NCBI GenBank assembly: GCA_965248195.1
Contig: CBDFIQ010000002.1
Location: forward strand, 2,272,001 to 2,336,000
Direction: 5' to 3'
Origin: Longimicrobiales bacterium
GTDB lineage: Bacteria; Gemmatimonadota; Gemmatimonadetes; Longimicrobiales; Gaopeijiaceae
Length of the DNA: 64,000 nucleotides
This document shows, in pieces, positions 49,677 to 58,990 of this stretch. The position numbers were made by a program, and so were the translations under genes. Each line of letters starts with the position of its first letter. Position 1 is the stretch's first letter. A model generated the notes under the pieces. That model saw nothing but the letters and a program-made list of their open reading frames with translations, was not told the origin of the DNA and did not search any database.

Positions 49677-50933
49677 GTGATCTGGCTGTTGTCGGGTGCC
49701 GCCGCCCTTTCGATTCTTGTCTCCGCCCTGTGCTCCGCCTCGGAGACCGCGACGTTCGCAGTCGGAACTTCGCGGCTTCGAACCATGGAGGAGGAAGGCT
49801 TTCAGGGCGCGCAGGCCCTAGCCGAGCTGAGAATCCGGGCCGAACCGACCCATGGGGCGCTACTCTTCTTGAGCACGCTTTTCAACGCCGTGGCCGTCGG
49901 AACCGTGGTTCTCTTAGGACACACGCTAGGCGGGCTCGCCGGCGGCGGGTGGGGACTCCTCGCCGGCTCCCTTGCCGTCTTGATATTCGGGCAAGGCCTC
50001 CCTCGGCTTCTGGCCTCACGACACCCGATTCGGTTCGCCCTAGGCGCTGCCCCGGCCGTTCTCGCGGTGGAAAAATGGCTCGCGGGCCTTACCAAGCCCC
50101 TCCGCAGGCTGGCGGCCGGGGTGATCCGAACCGAGGGGGCGGATGGATCGAGCCAGGAAGAGCGCGACGTCCGCGAACTCACCCAGTTGGGGCAGGAGGA
50201 AGGGCTGGTTGGGGAAGAGGAGTATCTGTTGGTCGAGCGCGCCTTCCGCCTGGACGAACTGACCGCGTGGGACGTCATGACACCTCGCGTGGACATATTC
50301 GCGTGGAGGGACTCCCTCACACTCGAGGAGATCATCGGGGAACTCAAGTCGGTGCCGTATTCACGCGTCCCGGTATACAAGGATACGACCGACGACATCT
50401 CGGGCATTCTGTACGTTCGGGAAGCCTACCAAAATTTCGTCGCGGGCCGGACCACGATGACCCTGTCCCAGTTGGCTCGGGATCCGCTGTTCGTCCCCGG
50501 ATCGTTACCGCTCACGCGCCTTCTCCATCAGTTTCAGGCCCGGCGAATCCATATGGGGATCATCGCCGATGAGTTCGGAGGGACGGATGGCCTCGCCACT
50601 CTGGAAGACGTCCTCGAGGAACTGGTGGGCGAGATCGTCGACGAGACCGACGTCGACGAAGAGGCGCTGATTCGGATTTCGAGGACTCAGCTCATAGCAC
50701 CTGGGGGCGTCGACGTCCGTGAGATCAATTACGCGTTCAACGTCGCGCTGCCCCAGCTCGAGCACCGCTCGCTCAATGGATTCATCCTCGAAGAGTTGGG
50801 GCACGTGCCTGAACCGGGCGAGACGGTGGAGCGAGCGGGCGTGAAGATCGAGATTCTGACAGCCTCAGACACCCAGGTCCTGACGGCCCGCCTCACCAAG
50901 CTCGCCCTGGCAGAGCGGGAAGAATCGGGATAG
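49677..50933 (+). CDS. CNNM/CorC-HlyC (hemolysin-family) protein: DUF21, CBS pair, CorC domain
   Basis: SASETA, VMTPR, YSRVPVY, DEFGGT.GL.TLED.LEELVGEI.DE.D. Confidence 0.92.
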   Translation: MIWLLSGAAALSILVSALCSASETATFAVGTSRLRTMEEEGFQGAQALAELRIRAEPTHGALLFLSTLFNAVAVGTVVLLGHTLGGLAGGGWGLLAGSLAVLIFGQGLPRLLASRHPIRFALGAAPAVLAVEKWLAGLTKPLRRLAAGVIRTEGADGSSQEERDVRELTQLGQEEGLVGEEEYLLVERAFRLDELTAWDVMTPRVDIFAWRDSLTLEEIIGELKSVPYSRVPVYKDTTDDISGILYVREAYQNFVAGRTTMTLSQLARDPLFVPGSLPLTRLLHQFQARRIHMGIIADEFGGTDGLATLEDVLEELVGEIVDETDVDEEALIRISRTQLIAPGGVDVREINYAFNVALPQLEHRSLNGFILEELGHVPEPGETVERAGVKIEILTASDTQVLTARLTKLALAEREESG

Positions 50934-50951
50934 CCAGCGGAGCCCTCGAAG

Positions 50952-51584
50952 ATGGCGATCCTCCTCCCCTTCCACGGCAAGCGCCCACGAGTGGCCGATT
51001 CCGCGTTTATCGCGCCCAATGCGGTGCTCATCGGCAACGTTACGGTGGAGGAAGAGGCGAGCGTCTGGTTCGGTGCTGTGCTGAGAGGAGACCACGCCGA
51101 GCATGGCATCGTCGTGGGCGCGGGTACGAGTGTCCAAGACAACTGCGTGGTCCACGTCGGGGGTTGGGCGCCCACCGTCATCGGCAAGAACGTCACAGTA
51201 GGCCATGGAGCCAAGTTCGAGAGCTGCACGATCGGCGACCGGTCCGTGATCGGCATGAACGCGGTGATCCTTCAGAACGCCCGAATCGGCACGGAGTGCG
51301 TGGTCGCGGCCAACTCTGTAGTGTTGGAGGGCGCCGAGATTCCGGACCATAGCCTGGTGGCGGGTGTCCCAGGCAAGGTGAAGAAGCAGTTGGACGGATC
51401 CGCCGCGGAGTGGATCCGCCGTGGCGGACAGCATTACATCGAGCTCGCCCGGACCTACCGTGGAAACCACATCGGCGAGGCCAGCACTCCCGTTTGCGAG
51501 CTGTGCGGTGGCCCTCTCATGGAGCGTAACTGCAAGGTCACATGCCTTTCCTGCGGCTATCAGCGGGACTGCTCTGATCCCTAG
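50952..51584 (+). CDS. gamma carbonic anhydrase family protein with a C-terminal zinc-ribbon extension
   Basis: AFIAPNAVLIGNV, VWFGAVLRGD, VQDNCVVH, TVGHGA; C-terminal CELCG...CK.TCLSCGYQRDCSDP. Confidence 0.88.
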   Translation: MAILLPFHGKRPRVADSAFIAPNAVLIGNVTVEEEASVWFGAVLRGDHAEHGIVVGAGTSVQDNCVVHVGGWAPTVIGKNVTVGHGAKFESCTIGDRSVIGMNAVILQNARIGTECVVAANSVVLEGAEIPDHSLVAGVPGKVKKQLDGSAAEWIRRGGQHYIELARTYRGNHIGEASTPVCELCGGPLMERNCKVTCLSCGYQRDCSDP

Positions 51585-51600
51585 GAGGCTGCTGGCCTCC
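51584..51600. terminator. short hairpin between convergent gamma-CA and prepilin peptidase genes
   Basis: GGAGGC-TGCTG-GCCTCC. No U-tract. Confidence 0.35.
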
Positions 51601-51619
51601 ATGGCAGCGAGGGTACCCG

Positions 51620-52414
51620 CTACCGAGGTGGCGGGAACTGCAGAACGTTCGTCGCATACCACCCGATGATGTCGGAGCCGAAGCCATAGGTCACCGCCGC
51701 ACCCGCGGCGAGGAAGATCCCGAAAGGCACCAGCTTCTTCGTCTTGTACGCGATCGGCCCGAAAATCACCGATCCCAGCAGAGCCCCGAGGAAGATCGTC
51801 AAGAGCACACCGGGTATCCCCAGAAACGCTCCGACCATAGCCATCATCTTGATGTCCCCACCCCCCATCGCATCCTTTTTGAACATCCACTTTCCGGCCA
51901 CAGCAACGATCTCCAGAAGGCCGAACCCGAGGATGGCCCCGAGGAGCGCCGCGAGTGGATCGATCCCACCGGGCAGAAAGGCGAGTCCGAGGCCCAGGAC
52001 CAGTCCGCCTAATGAAAATTGATCGGGGATGATGTAGAATCGGGCGTCGGTGAGGGCGATTCCGAAGAGGATCGTGAGGAGCAGGGCACCCCTTAGAGCC
52101 TCCCATGAGAGTCCCGCGTAGCTGAACATGCCCGCCCACACCAGCCCCGTCGCCAACTCGACCAGGGGGTATTGCAGGGAGATCGGATCCCGGCATGCTC
52201 GGCAGCGTCCACCCAAAAAGAGGTAGCCGAATACGGGGACGTTGTCATGCCACCGGATGGCCTCCCCGCATTTCGGACAGTGGGAGCCGGGGAATACCAC
52301 CGATTCATCCTCCGGCCAGCGGAGCGTGCAGACGTTCAGAAACGAACCGATCATCAATCCGACCAAGCCGGCCAGAGCGGTGACGATCCAGGCGCCGGTT
52401 AAAACGTCGATCAA
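51620..52414 (-). CDS. pilD: prepilin peptidase/N-methyltransferase (A24)
   Basis: GSFLNV..LR.P, SHCPKC, GRCRAC..PIS.QYP.VE, D...IPD, MGGGDIK, PFG.FL. Confidence 0.93.
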   Translation of the reverse strand: MIDVLTGAWIVTALAGLVGLMIGSFLNVCTLRWPEDESVVFPGSHCPKCGEAIRWHDNVPVFGYLFLGGRCRACRDPISLQYPLVELATGLVWAGMFSYAGLSWEALRGALLLTILFGIALTDARFYIIPDQFSLGGLVLGLGLAFLPGGIDPLAALLGAILGFGLLEIVAVAGKWMFKKDAMGGGDIKMMAMVGAFLGIPGVLLTIFLGALLGSVIFGPIAYKTKKLVPFGIFLAAGAAVTYGFGSDIIGWYATNVLQFPPPR

Positions 52415-53202
52415 GGCGATACACTCCCGGGGGTAAGCAGACTATAAAGAAGGATTGAGCCGGCGACCCCGGCATTCAAGGATTCCGCCTTACCCGGCAT
52501 CGGGATCGCGAGGCGTTTCGTGGATGCCGCCGTGACGTCAGCCCGCAGTCCCACGCCCTCGTTCCCTATGGCCAGAGCCCAGGATCCGGACACTTGGAAC
52601 GAGCGAACATCGTCGCCGGCCGGATCGGCGGCCAGAATCTCCACGCGCTGCTCTTCCAGCCACGGCCTGGCCTCGGCCCACGGCGCGCGGGCAATGTGTG
52701 TATGGAAGCTGGCCCCCGCGGCGGCGCGAACCGTTTTCGAATTCCATGGGTCCACGGAACCATCCAGGACGATCACGGCATCCACGCCAAAAGCTCGGGC
52801 CGCCCGGATGAGCGTTCCCATGTTGCCGGGATCCTGTAGCCCATCCAGAAGCAACAGGGTCGAGGGGGCACGGTTGTGGAGCTGTACGAGATCTAGGCCC
52901 GGCTCGGTGCAGATACAGAGCACGCCCTGAGTGTGCTCGGTGTCCGATAGCTCGGCCAGGCTGACGTCGTCCACCTCGTGGGTCTCCAAACCCCGCCCCG
53001 TTAGTGTGGAGGCGAGGGCTCGGCCCACCTGAGTATCGAACAATCGTGGCGACCGGACCGCGAAGCGGATGTCTGCTCCGGCTGCCAACGCCTCGGCCGA
53101 CGAGCGCACGCCCTCGACCAGCACCAGTCCTTCCCGTGGCCGTCCCTTGCGCGTCTTGAGGCGCTTGATGAGTTGTCGTTTGCTCTTGCTCAGCATCCGC
53201 AT
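52411..53202 (-). CDS. TrmH family (SPOUT) RNA methyltransferase
   Basis: VEG.R, QG, LQDPGNMGTLIR.A.AFG, K.VRA.AG, GNEG.G, IPM...ESLN. Start at 53202 or 53196. Confidence 0.92.
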   Translation of the reverse strand: MRMLSKSKRQLIKRLKTRKGRPREGLVLVEGVRSSAEALAAGADIRFAVRSPRLFDTQVGRALASTLTGRGLETHEVDDVSLAELSDTEHTQGVLCICTEPGLDLVQLHNRAPSTLLLLDGLQDPGNMGTLIRAARAFGVDAVIVLDGSVDPWNSKTVRAAAGASFHTHIARAPWAEARPWLEEQRVEILAADPAGDDVRSFQVSGSWALAIGNEGVGLRADVTAASTKRLAIPMPGKAESLNAGVAGSILLYSLLTPGSVSP

Positions 53203-53223
53203 TCCGATCAGTGTGTGGACTCC

Positions 53224-54045
53224 ATGGATAACCCACCCCCGGTAGCCCTCACAATCGCAGGCAGCGACAGCGGGGGCGGAGCCGGCATCCAGGCCGACCT
53301 CAAGACGTTCCATGCGTTCGGCGTTTTCGGCTGCAGCGCGATCACCGCCGTGACGGCTCAGAACACGATCGAGGTCGCCGCCATACACATGATTCCCGAG
53401 GAGATGGTCCGCGAGCAAATCCGTGCTGTGGCCTCGGACATTCTGCCGGACGCCGTCAAGACCGGCATGCTCGCAAGCGCCGCGTTGGTCGAGACCGTGG
53501 CTCACGCAATCGATGAGCATCGGCTGCCCAACTACGTGCTCGACCCGGTGATGATTTCCACGAGCGGACACCGTCTCCTCGATCGCGAGGCCGAGGATAC
53601 GATCCGTCGGGAGCTCATCCCGCTGGCCGCCGTGGTGACCCCGAACCTCCATGAAGCACGCATCCTCACGGGTCTGCCAGTCGAGGCCCCGGGTGACCTT
53701 GCGGAGGCCGCGCGGGCGATCCTCGACCTCGGTGCTCGCGCCGCGCTCGTGAAGGGCGGGCACCTGGCCGGGGACGAAGCCGTCGATCTGCTTCTCAGCG
53801 AGGAGGGGGAGCATATCTGGTCACGGCCTCGCATTTCCACAGCTGCTGGGCACGGTACTGGCTGTACACTTTCCGCGGCGCTGGCGGCGGGCTTGGCCGC
53901 GGGCCGACCGCTAGCGGACGCGGCGGCGGCGGCCGTTGATTTCGTTGCGCGGGCGCTCGCCGACGCACCTGGGTTAGGTGAAGGGCGTGGACCCATCAAC
54001 CACTTCGTGGGAGCTCGTCGGGAGGGAGGCAAGAAATCGGAGTGA
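53224..54045 (+). CDS. thiD: hydroxymethylpyrimidine/phosphomethylpyrimidine kinase
   Basis: [59 protein letters not shown]. Confidence 0.96.
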   Translation: MDNPPPVALTIAGSDSGGGAGIQADLKTFHAFGVFGCSAITAVTAQNTIEVAAIHMIPEEMVREQIRAVASDILPDAVKTGMLASAALVETVAHAIDEHRLPNYVLDPVMISTSGHRLLDREAEDTIRRELIPLAAVVTPNLHEARILTGLPVEAPGDLAEAARAILDLGARAALVKGGHLAGDEAVDLLLSEEGEHIWSRPRISTAAGHGTGCTLSAALAAGLAAGRPLADAAAAAVDFVARALADAPGLGEGRGPINHFVGARREGGKKSE

Positions 54046-54204
54046 TCGACAAACCGCAAGAGAAGCCGAGATTCCTTTGAAACCAGTCACATTGGGCAGC
54101 ATCTGGCTCTTCGAGTTGAAGCCCGGAAGCTGGGGATGTCATCAATCATCCAACGAGATGGGAGTGACCGTGAGCAGCACGAAGAGAATATCGGGCAATG
54201 GACC

Positions 54205-55071
54205 ATGAAAAAAACGACCCGACTCAAGGAAATGATCAACGCGCCGGAGATCTTGGTCATGCATCCGGCGCACGACGCTCTGAGTGCGCGCATTGCCGAG
54301 CAGGCGGGCGCGAAAGCGGTCACGGTCGGCGGCTTCGCGGCGTCCGGCGTGTTGCTCGGGCAGCCGGACAGCTCGCAGCTCACGGCGACGGAACTCGCCA
54401 CGTTCTATGAAGGCATCTGCGCCAGCGTCGACATCCCGGTGTTCGTCGATGCCGATACCGGCTTCGGCGGCGTCACCAACGTCATTCGTACCGTGAAAGA
54501 CTTCGAGCGTGCCGGCGTTGCAGGATTGTTTATCGAGGACCAGCTGTTTCCCAAACGCTGTGGGCATACGGCCGGCAAGGATGTCATCTCGACCGAGGAA
54601 ATGGTGCCGAAACTGAAGGCCGCGCTCGATAACCGCACTGACGAGGACCTCGTCATCATGGGCCGCACCGATGCGCTTGGGGTGCTCGGCATCGAAGACG
54701 CGATTGCGCGCGCCAACCTCTATCGCGAGACCGGCTGCGACATGGTGTTTGTCGAAGCGCCTGAGACCACCTTGCAGATGCGACGCATCTGCGAGGAAGT
54801 GGACGGTCCGGTGCTGGCAAACATGATCGAATTCGGGCGCTCGCCGCTGCTGGCCTCGCACCAGTTGCAGGAACTCGGGTTCGCGGCCGCCGTCTGGCCC
54901 GTTGCGTCGGTGTTCGTGGTGTCGCGGGCGCTGGAGGTCCTCTACCGCACAATAACGGAAACCGGATCGACGATATCGCTGCACGAGCAGATGGTGGACT
55001 TCGAGGAATACATGAAGATCGTCCGCCTATCCGAGCTGCGCGACACGGAGGCGCGTTATGAAAAGATTTAA
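54205..55071 (+). CDS. isocitrate lyase/PEP mutase family enzyme (methylisocitrate lyase / oxaloacetate decarboxylase-like)
   Basis: HDALSARI, G.PD, DADTGFGG, IEDQ..PKRCGH, GRTDA, FVEAP, ANMIEFG.SP. Confidence 0.92.
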   Translation: MKKTTRLKEMINAPEILVMHPAHDALSARIAEQAGAKAVTVGGFAASGVLLGQPDSSQLTATELATFYEGICASVDIPVFVDADTGFGGVTNVIRTVKDFERAGVAGLFIEDQLFPKRCGHTAGKDVISTEEMVPKLKAALDNRTDEDLVIMGRTDALGVLGIEDAIARANLYRETGCDMVFVEAPETTLQMRRICEEVDGPVLANMIEFGRSPLLASHQLQELGFAAAVWPVASVFVVSRALEVLYRTITETGSTISLHEQMVDFEEYMKIVRLSELRDTEARYEKI

Positions 55072-55092
55072 CCGGGTCTGGACCGCGAGCTG

Positions 55093-56538
55093 ATGATGCG
55101 CCGCGCCGGCCTCGTCGCCGGCCCGTTGTTGGCGGCGTTGCTGTACCTGTGGATTCCGGAAGGACTGCAGGATCCGGCGGGTGGCGAACTGCAGCTCGGC
55201 ATGGCCGGCCGCATGACGGGCGCGCTGGCCGGCTGGATGGCCATTTGGTGGATGACCGAGGCCATACCGATATTCGTCACGGCGCTGCTGCCCGCGATCG
55301 TGCTCCCGCTGACCGGCGCCCAGGACTTTTTCGACACCACCGCCGTGTACGCGCACCCACTCATATTTCTCGCGCTGGGTGGGTTCGTCCTGGCGCTGGC
55401 GCTGGAGCGCTGGGACCTGCACCGGCGCTTCGCGGCGTCCGTACTGCGCATCGTCGGCAACGGGCCGCGCCGTCTGGTAGGTGGGTTCATGATCGTCGGG
55501 GCCGCGCTCAGCATGTGGATCTCCAACACGGCCGCGTCCGTGATCATGCTGCCGATCGCGCTGAGCATCATCGCCGCCGATAACCAGACCGCCGACTACC
55601 ATCCACGCTTTCGGGTGTGCCTGCTGCTCGGCACCGCTTATGCGTGCTCGATCGGTGGCATGGGCACGCTGATTGGAACCGGCACCAACGTGTTTCTCGC
55701 GTCGTTCGTGGAGAGCGAGCTGCAGCGCGACATATCGTTTGCTGGCTGGATGCGTCTCGGCGTGCCGCTCGTGCTGGTGTTCCTGCCGCTCGCCTGGCTG
55801 TTGCTGACGCACGTCATTTTCCGCCTTCCAGCCGTGGCCGAGACCGAGACCGAGACCGACCCTAGGGTATTGCTGCCTGAGCAAGGGCCCTGGTCCACCG
55901 GCGAAAAGCGCACGTTTGCCGTGTTCTGTCTCGCTGTCGTCGGCTGGGTCGGCTCGCCGTTACTGGTCAAGCTGCCCTGGTTCAGCAACCTGTCCGACCC
56001 GGGCGTCGCCATGCTCTGTATGTTGCTGCTGTTTCTAATCCCCGACGGGCGCGGAGAGGGTAGCACGCTGATGGACTGGGACACCGCCGTGAAACTGCCG
56101 TGGGGAGTGCTGTTGCTGTTCGGTGGCGGGCTAGCATTGGCTGGCGCGATCGAGGACAACGGCATAGGCGCCGCGCTTGCGCTAAACTCTGCAAGACTTC
56201 AGGGCGTGCCGCCGGTGCTTGTTGTGGTGTTTGCCGTCGTCCTGATGACTTTCCTGACGGAGCTGACCAGTAATCTCGCCAGCACCGCCACCTTGGTGCC
56301 GGTGTTCGCGGCCCTGGCCGGCGGCATGGGTATCGACCCGCTGGCGATCACCATCCCGACCGCGCTGGCTGCAAGCTGCGCGTTCATGCTGCCGGCGGCC
56401 ACGCCGCCGAACAGCATCGTGTTCGGCTCCGGCATGCTGCGCATCCCCGACATGGTGCGCGCTGGGATCTGGATCAACGCACTAGGGATCGTGGTGATCT
56501 CGCTGCTGGCTTATCCGCTGGTCGGTATGCTGTTCTGA
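55093..56538 (+). CDS. DASS/SLC13 sodium:dicarboxylate symporter
   Basis: WWMTEAIP..VTALLP, LHRR.A, SMWISNTA, SIGG.GTLIGT, TELTSN.A, AFMLPAATPPN. Confidence 0.93.
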   Translation: MMRRAGLVAGPLLAALLYLWIPEGLQDPAGGELQLGMAGRMTGALAGWMAIWWMTEAIPIFVTALLPAIVLPLTGAQDFFDTTAVYAHPLIFLALGGFVLALALERWDLHRRFAASVLRIVGNGPRRLVGGFMIVGAALSMWISNTAASVIMLPIALSIIAADNQTADYHPRFRVCLLLGTAYACSIGGMGTLIGTGTNVFLASFVESELQRDISFAGWMRLGVPLVLVFLPLAWLLLTHVIFRLPAVAETETETDPRVLLPEQGPWSTGEKRTFAVFCLAVVGWVGSPLLVKLPWFSNLSDPGVAMLCMLLLFLIPDGRGEGSTLMDWDTAVKLPWGVLLLFGGGLALAGAIEDNGIGAALALNSARLQGVPPVLVVVFAVVLMTFLTELTSNLASTATLVPVFAALAGGMGIDPLAITIPTALAASCAFMLPAATPPNSIVFGSGMLRIPDMVRAGIWINALGIVVISLLAYPLVGMLF

Positions 56539-56672
56539 TCCGGCGCGGCGATAAGCTTCAATGCTCACGTCTGACTGAGTACACCTGCTGGAGTGTTAAC
56601 GGTTCTCAGAGCCGCGCGGGCGCTCGCCGAAGCACCTGGCTTGGGTGATTCCGGGAAGCGCGTGCGCCGACC

Positions 56673-56751
56673 TGTCATTTTGGCACTGTATGCCCCGAAA
56701 AGGCGCCAGTTTGGCTGATCTTAGGCGCTTTTACCCGGCATGATGATTGCA
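56673..56751 (+). promoter_or_regulatory. sigma-54 promoter of dnaK with two upstream palindromes
   Basis: CGGCATG-ATGA-TTGCA (56736-56751, GG-N10-GC); TGTCA-TTT-TGGCA (56673-56685); GCCA-GTT-TGGC (56705-56715). Confidence 0.6.
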
Positions 56752-56854
56752 AACCCACCAGCAGCAACGCATCAATGACTCGCTGGACCCGCTACGCGGG
56801 CCCGTCGTACAACGATCTTGGCCAGAGCGGCCTTGGCGCACTCGAGGAGCGGAC

Positions 56855-58789
56855 ATGGGAAAGGTTATCGGGATCGATCTGGGGACTACCAACTCGGTCG
56901 TGGCGGTCATGGAGGGTGGTGAGCCGGTTGTGATTCCCAACTCCGAGGGCGGCCGGACCACACCTTCCGTGGTGGCGTTCACCAAGGACGGTGAGCGGCT
57001 CGTGGGCCAGGTGGCCCGCCGCCAGGCGATCACCAATCCTGAGAATACGATCTTCTCGATCAAGCGGTTCATGGGCCGCAAGGGCGACGAGGTAACAGCG
57101 GAACAGAAACTCGTTCCCTACGCGGTCAAGACCGACTCCAAGGGACGCGTGGAAATCAAGATCCCGAACGCGGACAAGACGTTCACGCCCCCCGAGATCT
57201 CGGCGATGATCCTTCAGAAGATGAAACAAACCGCCGAGGACTACCTGGGCCAAAAGGTCGAACAGGCCGTCATCACGGTTCCGGCCTACTTCAACGATGC
57301 CCAACGCCAGGCCACCAAAGACGCAGGAAAGATCGCGGGCCTGGAGGTACTTCGCATCATCAACGAGCCCACCGCGGCCGCTCTGGCCTACGGGCTCGAA
57401 AAAAAGGCCGACGAGAAGATCGCCGTATTCGACCTCGGTGGTGGCACATACGACATTTCCGTCCTCGAGCTGGGTGACGGCGTCTTCGAGGTGAAGTCGA
57501 CCAACGGGGATACGCACCTGGGCGGCGACGACCTCGACCAGAAGGTCATCGACTGGCTGGTCAAGGAATTCAAGAAGGACCAGGGGATCGACCTTTCCAA
57601 GGACGCGATGGCGCTCCAGCGCCTGAAGGAGGCGTCGGAAAAAGCCAAGATGGAGCTTTCTTCGACGCAGCAGACCGACATCAACCTGCCCTTCATCACT
57701 GCGACCCAGGACGGGCCCAAGCACCTCAATTATTCGCTCACGAGAGCGAAGTTCGAGCAGTTGGTCGACGATCTGATCCAGCGGACGCTTCCGCCGATGA
57801 AAAAGGCGCTCGAGGACGCCGGGATCGAGCCGTCTGCCATCGACGAGGTGATTCTGGTCGGGGGGTCGACGCGGATCCCCAAGATCCAGGAAGTGGTCGA
57901 GGAGTTCTTCGGCAAGGAGCCCCACAAGGGTGTGAACCCGGACGAGGTCGTGGGCGTGGGCGCGTCCATCCAAGCCGGCGTCCTGTCCGGAGACGTGACC
58001 GATGTGCTGCTCCTGGACGTCACGCCGCTGTCACTCGGCATCGAGACGCTCGGCGGCGTGATGACGCCCCTGATCACGCGAAACACCACGATTCCGACCG
58101 AAAAGGCCGAGATCTTCTCCACGGCCGAAGACAACCAGACCACGGTCGAGATCCACGTGCTCCAAGGCGAGCGGAAGATGGCGCTCGACAACAGAACGAT
58201 CGGCAAGTTCCAACTCACCGGCATTCCGCCGGCGTCGCGCGGCACGCCTCAGGTCGAGGTCACTTTCGACATCGACGCCAACGGGATTCTGCACGTCAAG
58301 GCCAAGGACAACACCACGGGCAAAGAGCAGAAGATCCGTATCGAGGCGTCGAGCGGCTTGAGCGACAGCGAGATCGAGAAAATGGTCAAGGACGCGGAGG
58401 CCCACGCCGGCGAGGACGAAGAGCGCCGGGAGAACGTCGAGGCACGCAACCAGCTCGACTCGCTCGTCTATCAGGTCGAGAAGGACTCGGCCGAGTGGGC
58501 CGATCAGGTCTCCGAGAGCACGAAGGAAGCGCTCGATGGCGCGGTCGAAAGCGCCAAGGAAGTGCTCAAGGGGGAGGATACCGCAGCGTTCAATTCGGCT
58601 CGTGATGAACTCATGCAGGCGTTCAGCGCCGCCGGCCAGGAGATGTATCAGTCGCAGGCGGCCGAGGCCGAGGCGGGCGCCGAGGACGAAGCCACGGATG
58701 GCGTGGAAGAGGAGGGGGAGGGGGAGGACGGCGACGCGGACGCGTCCGACGAAGAGGTCGTGGAAGCCGACTACGAGATCGTCGAATAG
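56855..58789 (+). CDS. dnaK: molecular chaperone DnaK
   Basis: [61 protein letters not shown]. Confidence 0.98.
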   Translation: MGKVIGIDLGTTNSVVAVMEGGEPVVIPNSEGGRTTPSVVAFTKDGERLVGQVARRQAITNPENTIFSIKRFMGRKGDEVTAEQKLVPYAVKTDSKGRVEIKIPNADKTFTPPEISAMILQKMKQTAEDYLGQKVEQAVITVPAYFNDAQRQATKDAGKIAGLEVLRIINEPTAAALAYGLEKKADEKIAVFDLGGGTYDISVLELGDGVFEVKSTNGDTHLGGDDLDQKVIDWLVKEFKKDQGIDLSKDAMALQRLKEASEKAKMELSSTQQTDINLPFITATQDGPKHLNYSLTRAKFEQLVDDLIQRTLPPMKKALEDAGIEPSAIDEVILVGGSTRIPKIQEVVEEFFGKEPHKGVNPDEVVGVGASIQAGVLSGDVTDVLLLDVTPLSLGIETLGGVMTPLITRNTTIPTEKAEIFSTAEDNQTTVEIHVLQGERKMALDNRTIGKFQLTGIPPASRGTPQVEVTFDIDANGILHVKAKDNTTGKEQKIRIEASSGLSDSEIEKMVKDAEAHAGEDEERRENVEARNQLDSLVYQVEKDSAEWADQVSESTKEALDGAVESAKEVLKGEDTAAFNSARDELMQAFSAAGQEMYQSQAAEAEAGAEDEATDGVEEEGEGEDGDADASDEEVVEADYEIVE

Positions 58790-58990
58790 GGAGCCCACAA
58801 GGCAACCGCACGGCGCCCAACGGCAGGGGCGTGTGGGCGCTCACTCTGGGCCGTGGGCAACCCTGCCAGCCTTGGGGTTGATCCAAGAAGCGTGTACAAT
58901 GGAGAGTGGACCGCCGGGTCCCCGATCGTGTAGTAGGTCGCGCGTGGGCGGGTTCGCACGTGTAAACATTCCATCGGAAGTGTGAGGAAA

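Larger units (their letters stand above)
53947..56648. mobile_element. putative integrase-free genomic islet bounded by a 35-bp direct repeat from the thiD 3' region
   Basis: 53947-53981 and 56614-56648 are 32/35 identical and enclose two cargo genes. Confidence 0.65.

Noticed and set aside
53978..54208. 76-aa ORF ending in an ATGA overlap with the lyase gene
   Set aside because: It overlaps thiD and has no recognisable motif or SD. It could be a donor-gene remnant, but this is unsupported.
55840..55860. GAGACC hexamer repeat in the DASS gene as a phase-variation tract
   Set aside because: Only about three in-frame units in a loop (ETETETD); slippage would not shift the frame.
56681..56693. 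TGGCACTGTATGC as an additional sigma-54 promoter
   Set aside because: GG-to-GC spacing is 8 nt rather than the required 10; better read as half of the upstream palindrome.
56792..57973. Long antisense ORFs opposite dnaK (also opposite atpD, acs, PBP1A, MoxR, thiD and the NYN gene)
   Set aside because: Shadow ORFs expected from GC-rich codon bias; no protein motifs.
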